A stretch of DNA of 64,000 nucleotides from Pseudomonadota bacterium (GTDB taxonomy: Bacteria; Bdellovibrionota_B; Oligoflexia; Oligoflexales; CAIYRB01), in assembly GCA_031416315.1 (NCBI GenBank), contig JANOTL010000153.1:1-64000 (forward strand), written 5' to 3'. The position numbers and the translations under genes are program-made. Below are positions 58,980 to 64,000 of the stretch, piece after piece. The notes beneath the pieces were generated by a model. The model was not told where the DNA came from. It ran no database searches and worked only from the letters and a program-made list of their open reading frames with translations. The stretch's first letter is position 1. Each line of letters begins with the position of its first letter.

Positions 58980-60287
58980 ATGAACAAGACCAGGGTGCTA
59001 GTCGTAGCACGTCTTTGCAACCCCGAATGGTCGAGCGTCCCGTTCGTCGGCTGGAACCACGCGCGCGCGCTAAGAGACGTCGCCGACGTTCACCTGGTGA
59101 CCCATTGGGAGAATCGTGAGGCGATCGACCGCAGCGACTGGCCGAAAGCAACGGTCACTTACGTCGAGCGTACCCGCTTCGACGACCTCTTCTACTGGTT
59201 CCTGCGCAACGTATTCAAGCATCAGTTCGGCAAGGTCTCGCTCACAGCGTTCTCCCTGCCGTTTTACTGGCTCTTCGAGCGCATGGTGTGGAAGGCGTTT
59301 GCCGCTCGCCTGAAAGCCAAAGAGTTCGACGTCGTCCACCGCTTGACGCCGATGAGTCCCGTCACTGCCGGCTCGCTGGCAAAACGTTGTGAACGGACCG
59401 GCGTGCCCTTCATCCTCGGCCCGATCAACGGCGGCCTTCCGTGGCCAGCGGGCTATCCCAGCGCCGCCGAGAAAGAGCGCGAGTGGCTCTCGTCGCTGCG
59501 CTTTCTCTATGGTCTTCTGCCGTTCGTCGGCTCGACCCGTCGCGCGGCGCGCGCTCTGGTCGTCGCGTCGCGCAATACGTGGTCGCAAATCCCGGGGCGC
59601 ATGCGCGCCAAGCTCTTCTACGTCCCCGAGAACGCGATCTTCGCCGCACAAGTCGAGCCGGAGCGCCAAACCGCGGCGCAATCGCCGCTACGCGTCGTCT
59701 TTTTGGGCCGTCTGGTTCCGTATAAATGTTGCGATCTCGTCATCAAAGCCTGCGTCCCCCTCCTGAAAAGCGGCAAAGTCCTGCTCGACGTGATCGGCTG
59801 GGGCTCCGAGCGACCCGTGCTCGAAGCGCTCGCGAAGGAGCTCGGCGTCACCGACACCGTGCGCTTCACCGGCGAGTTGCAGCACGCCTCGGCCCTTGCC
59901 CGACTCAGCGAGAACGCGGTTTTCGCTTTCCCCTCGATCCGGGAGTTCGGCGGCGCGGTCGTCGTCGAAGCCATGGCGCGCGGCGTCGTCCCGCTCGTCA
60001 TCGACTACGGCGGGCCGGGCGAGATGGTCGTCCCGGGCACGGGCTATCTTTTGCCGCTGTCGAACGAGCACGAAACGACCCGGCAGATGACGGAGATCTT
60101 GACCAAGATCGCCGCGCAGCCCGCCGCGCTGCTGCCGATGGCCGCGCGCGCGCGCAAGCACGTGCTTTCAGAATGGACCTGGGAAGCGAAAGCGCAAAAG
60201 AGCTTGGCCATCTATGATTTTGTCCTCGGTCGCGCGCCGCGTCCCGCGCTGGTGCCTCCGACCGGACTGAAAGGCTCGACACCATGA
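58980..60287 (+). CDS. Glycosyltransferase family 4
   Basis: GRLVPYK, FPSIREFGGAVVVEAMA, DYGGPGE. Confidence 0.9.
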   Translation: MNKTRVLVVARLCNPEWSSVPFVGWNHARALRDVADVHLVTHWENREAIDRSDWPKATVTYVERTRFDDLFYWFLRNVFKHQFGKVSLTAFSLPFYWLFERMVWKAFAARLKAKEFDVVHRLTPMSPVTAGSLAKRCERTGVPFILGPINGGLPWPAGYPSAAEKEREWLSSLRFLYGLLPFVGSTRRAARALVVASRNTWSQIPGRMRAKLFYVPENAIFAAQVEPERQTAAQSPLRVVFLGRLVPYKCCDLVIKACVPLLKSGKVLLDVIGWGSERPVLEALAKELGVTDTVRFTGELQHASALARLSENAVFAFPSIREFGGAVVVEAMARGVVPLVIDYGGPGEMVVPGTGYLLPLSNEHETTRQMTEILTKIAAQPAALLPMAARARKHVLSEWTWEAKAQKSLAIYDFVLGRAPRPALVPPTGLKGSTP

Positions 60288-60758
60288 GATCAGACGCCCG
60301 TCCCGTCTTCGTCCTTGGCAGCAACCGCATCCCGTTTGTGAAGAGTCAGACGAGCTATGCCGAAGTCGAGCGGAAGGACCTTCTCGTCGCGGCGCTCGAC
60401 GGTCTCGTCGACCGTTTCGGCTTGCAGGGAAAATTGATCGGCGACACGGCGCTCGGCGCCGTCATCAACAGCGTTCGTGACTTCAATTTGGCGCGCGAAG
60501 CGCTGCTCTCGACGAAGCTCCACCCGGAGTCACCGGCGTATAACGTTCAGCGCGCCTGCGGTACGGGCCTAGAGACGACCTGGCAGATCGGCCTGAAGCT
60601 CCACGCCGGCGCCATTTCCGTCGGCATCGCTGGCGGCGTCGATACAAACAGCGACGTACCGCTCGAGCTGTCGAAACGCGCGCGCGACGTGCTCATGGCG
60701 CTGAATCGCGCGAAGACCTTGCCCGACAAAGCCAAATCTCTGCTGAAGATGTCGCTCG
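60284..60758 (+). pseudogene. Acetyl-CoA C-acyltransferase (FadI-like thiolase), C-terminally truncated
   Basis: RIPF, NLARE, RACGTG active-site Cys, IAGGVD; similarity ends after KSLLKMSL. Confidence 0.8.
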
Positions 60759-60900
60759 GCGCGCGTCTTCGCCATCGACATGACGCGCTGCCCACGGTGC
60801 GGCGCAGCACTCGCGCCCGAAGATTGCGAACTCGTCACCGCGCCGTTTATCGTCCAGGCGGTGCTCCATGCGCTCGAACTCTATGGACGCGCGCCGGTGT
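60759..60900 (+). mobile_element. C-terminal remnant of an IS91/ISCR-family transposase
   Basis: ARVFAIDMTRCPRCG...VQAVLHALEL..RAP resembles the RVFxID..CPxCG...IL.HL..RAP tail of IS91-family transposases. Confidence 0.55.
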
Positions 60901-61165
60901 TCCTTTGCACGCTATTCCAGACCGAAATTCTTACGTTCGTCGGGACGGATGTTCTCGCGCTCCGTTGATCGGACCCGCAAGTAATTTAGTGACGAGCTCA
61001 CTCCGACGCTTGGTTGCCTTGGGCCGCTTCTGCGCAACAACGCGTCATTGAACTGATGGAAATGGTACCTCAAACGCATTGACACATTCCGCTGTACTAT
61101 GAGAAAAGTTGACACTGCCCGAAATATGTTTTGCCTATTTGATCCAACACAAAGAGTTGAACAAG

Positions 61166-61603
61166 ATGTGTAGTCAAACTATTTGTCTGACGATTTTCCT
61201 GGTGACAATAATGGGCTGCAAAACATCGAGTAACAATTCCTTTAGCAAAGACATTATTGGAGATGGCACAACTGCCATTTGCAACGATGGCGATGGTTTC
61301 GAGTTTACCAATGATCTCGAAATTAAATTCAAACAGGCATCTACCAAGAAAGTATGTGCGTTAAAAAAAGGCGAATATTTTTGCCTTTATTTTTCAAATT
61401 CGGCTGTTTGTGATCATCTCAACCCAGGCACGACGACGTTTCTTGGTACGCGTCAATCAGAATATTTCTTAACACTAAACGGTAAAACCACTGCTGAATT
61501 TGAATTTAGCTCAGATAAAATCAGATATGTATGCGGTGGGGGCTATACAACTTGCGATTTAGACTTGTCTGGCCTGGTACCAAAGGTTGTGCTCAGGCCG
61601 TAA
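61166..61603 (+). CDS. AT-rich Cys-containing hypothetical lipoprotein (foreign)
   Basis: Lipobox IMGC; visibly lower GC than the flanks. Confidence 0.65.
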   Translation: MCSQTICLTIFLVTIMGCKTSSNNSFSKDIIGDGTTAICNDGDGFEFTNDLEIKFKQASTKKVCALKKGEYFCLYFSNSAVCDHLNPGTTTFLGTRQSEYFLTLNGKTTAEFEFSSDKIRYVCGGGYTTCDLDLSGLVPKVVLRP

Positions 61604-61645
61604 CTCGAAGTGCGGCGGCTCCCAGTCGACCGTCATGGCCGACGG

Positions 61646-61864
61646 TCAACGGCTGGCGGGCGTATTAGTCGTGTTGATCGCCGCGGCATCAAGCGCTGAG
61701 AGGTCGTCGATGCCGGTGTACTGCAGAAACTTTGTGCCGGTCGTCCGCGCGTTGCCGTCCGTGAAAACGACTCCCGCTCGCGTCAAAAGAGGCATGCCGT
61801 TGACCTCGGCAGAATTGTCCTGAGCAAAGGTCGCTCCTCCCTCTGCCTTGATGTGCGTAAGCAT
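61646..61864 (-). pseudogene. Possible DarT (DUF4433) ADP-ribosyltransferase remnant
   Basis: VVFTDGNA..T.F...DLSALD...I resembles the DarT core; no intact ORF. Confidence 0.35.
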
Positions 61865-62067
61865 CAGCCCGCGCGCGTCTCGACGCGCCGACTTCCGTGC
61901 GGAAGCGTGACGGTGGGCGCGGCCTGATCGCGGAGTTGCGCCGCATTCGCGGCGCCGTCGTGGCGAGCGTCGACTATGCCCCCCGCAAACCGTTGAGCAG
62001 AGCCCTTGGTCGCTTCGGCAATAGCGTCACCACGTAGCTACGTAAGCGCTCTACGTTCCCAGCTTGA

Positions 62068-63615
62068 TTACGCCGGGAGGAGCGCTTCGAAATCATCGGC
62101 CGTGACGCAGTCTGGCAGCCGCTCAATGACCCGGGTCAGGTAGCTCACCGGCTCGACGCCGTTAGCCTTGGCGGTGAGGAGGAGGCTGTAGATATTGGCG
62201 CTCGCCTGCGCGCCGGCCTCGGTGCACATGAAGAGCCAATTTTTTCTTCCGAGGGCGAATGGCCGGAAGGAGTTTTCCGCGAGGTTATTGTCGAGCTCGA
62301 TGGCGCCGTGCTCGAGGTAGTTGCGGATGTGCGGCAACTCTTCGTCGGCGTAGCGCAGCGCCGCGAAGTACGGCGAGGAGCTGGCGACTGCCTGCCGCTC
62401 GTCGGCGACGAGCTGGGCAAGGTCGTCGAAGAGATGTTCGGCCCCTTGCTCGAGCCTATAGGCAAGTCGCGTTTCTGGCGCGAACGGTCGGCAAACATCT
62501 TCGATCTCGTAAAGCGCTTTGACCATCTTCACGATCTTCGCGGCCGGGTGCGCGGCGCGCTGGTCTTTCGCGGTCGTGGCGATCACGTCCTTGAATTTGC
62601 GCACGACGTGCGCCATGCAGCCGACGCGCGTGCGCGGTGAGGTGTCGCCGAACAGGAGATCGTAGGAAGCAAAGCCGTCGATCTGCACAAACCCCTCGTA
62701 GGAGCCGAGCAGCTTCTGCGCTACCTCTTTTTTTCGCGACAGGTCGAATTCGAAGACGACAAGCGGCTTCGGCCCCCAGCGCGAGATTTGCCACATGTAA
62801 GCCTGGTGCGACGTGCGCGCGCCGTCTTTAGTGAGCACGCGCACCGGAGTCTCGTCGGCGTTTACGACGGGACCGTCCAGAATGCGCTCGTGGATGAGGC
62901 CAATCAGCGGCTTCACCGCCTCGCCCAGCCTGATTACCCAATCGGCCATCACCTGACGCGTCAGATGCACTCCGGATCGGCTGTAGATTTGTTCTTGGCG
63001 ATAGAGCGGTAGATGATCGCAGTATTTCGCCGCGACAATCTGCGCCAAGAGCGACGGAGCTGCGTAACTTTGCGGGATGAGCGCCGGCAGCGGCGGCTTT
63101 CTGATGGGAGCACCCTTGCAGGTGTCGCAGCCGTATTTCGGGAAGCGGTGCTCGACCACCTCGAACTTCGCCGGGGTTTATTTCAGCTCCAGCTTGACGT
63201 CATAGCCCATGGGAGAAAGCGACGAGCCGTTGGTGGCGCAGGTTTTCTCGGCGTCATCGACATCATGTTCCACGACCGTGCGCGGGAGATGGTCGGGGAT
63301 CGCCGGTTTTTTCTTTTTCCGCTTCTTGGGATTATCCGCCGGCTGCTCGTCGTCGTCGACCAAAGTCTCGACCTTTGGGTCGAGGGTCATCTCAGCTTCG
63401 TCGAACATCTCGCGCAACGCGGCGGACGACACGATGTCCGGACGCGCGGCACGGAGAGCTATCAGGTACTGCTGCTTGATGAAGGCGATCTGCTGCTTGT
63501 AGTACGCGTGCGTCTTTTCGAGCTCGCCCACGAGGTCCTCGCAGACGGCTTTGGCCTCCGGCGTGAGGCTCGCCGGGATTTCGTAGGATTTGAGTTTGAG
63601 CGCTCGTTGCTGCAT
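62068..63615 (-). pseudogene. tnpC: IS66 transposase TnpC with an in-frame TAA at 63178-63180
   Basis: HLPR, KYCDHLPLYRQ, ADET, DG, CMAH..RKF, DNN.AE...GRKNWLF; the two ORFs are in the same frame. Confidence 0.9.
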
Positions 63616-63648
63616 CGGAGAAAAACTTAGCAGAGTCGCGCGCACCAA

Positions 63649-64000
63649 TCACGCAAATCTCTTCGGCTTCGTCGGCGCGTGCGCGACGCCCTCGAAGATA
63701 TTGAGACCATCGAGAAATCTGCCGAGGTCTCGCCACGACAGCGTGCGCGTCGCCTGGCTGCGCGGGCTTTGGACCTTGAACAGGTCACGCTCGAGCCGCA
63801 TTTGCCAGAGCGCCACTCCGGTGCCGCGCCAGTAGAGGATCTTCGCCTTCTTCTTGTCGATCGAGACGAACACGAACCAGTGTCCTGCCCGCATCTCACC
63901 GGGCAGCTCCAGATCGACGATGGCGGCGAGCCCGAGGGCCTGCTTTCTGAAATCCACTGCCTTGCCGTAGTAGAAGACCTTCTTTGGCCGGCTACGATAA
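63649..64000 (-). CDS. tnpB: IS66 accessory protein TnpB, 5'-partial
   Basis: VDFRK...GL, KILYW.GTG..LW..RLE; frame open to the window edge. Confidence 0.9.
   Translation of the reverse strand, partial: YRSRPKKVFYYGKAVDFRKQALGLAAIVDLELPGEMRAGHWFVFVSIDKKKAKILYWRGTGVALWQMRLERDLFKVQSPRSQATRTLSWRDLGRFLDGLNIFEGVAHAPTKPKRFA

Larger units (their letters stand above)
62042..64000 (-). mobile_element. IS66-family element, extends beyond the window
   Basis: Terminal GTAAGCG at 62042; tnpB-tnpC gene order. Confidence 0.92.

Noticed and set aside
46715..64000. Prophage or ICE integrated at tRNA-Arg
   Set aside because: No integrase, phage or conjugation genes and no duplicated tRNA 3' end seen in the window

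Overview
GC-rich bacterial chromosome segment. The gene content (several short flagellins, tilS-ftsH-folP-cdaA-cdaR-glmM-pdxJ-tsaE, many orphan lipoproteins) suggests a Bdellovibrionota/Oligoflexia-like or other delta-type diderm; this is an inference. The left end (1-11.6 kb) is a cell-surface glycan modification island split by a stand-alone tRNA-Ile. It holds the strongest candidate novel system: a complete dlt-like acyl-transfer operon with an unannotated 57-aa DltX-like microprotein ending FRYMGF, an adenylation enzyme, a carrier protein, an SGNH/DltD-like transferase and an MBOAT. A tandem flavodoxin/Fe-S flavoprotein is inserted in the operon and a SAM methyltransferase precedes it. The middle (12-47 kb) is mostly housekeeping, motility and envelope genes, with a BrnTA pair, recurring sigma28-like promoters upstream of non-flagellar genes, a frameshifted tilS, and a LysM gene whose 3' trailer is antisense to its own ribosome-binding site. 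After tRNA-Arg (47-64 kb) lies an accessory region with secreted repeat proteins, a nested palindromic element, ohrR-ohr, a truncated thiolase joined to an IS91-like remnant, an AT-rich lipoprotein gene, a DarT-like remnant and an IS66 with a nonsense codon in tnpC. No CRISPR array or rRNA was seen. All calls come from reading motifs by eye; no searches were run.
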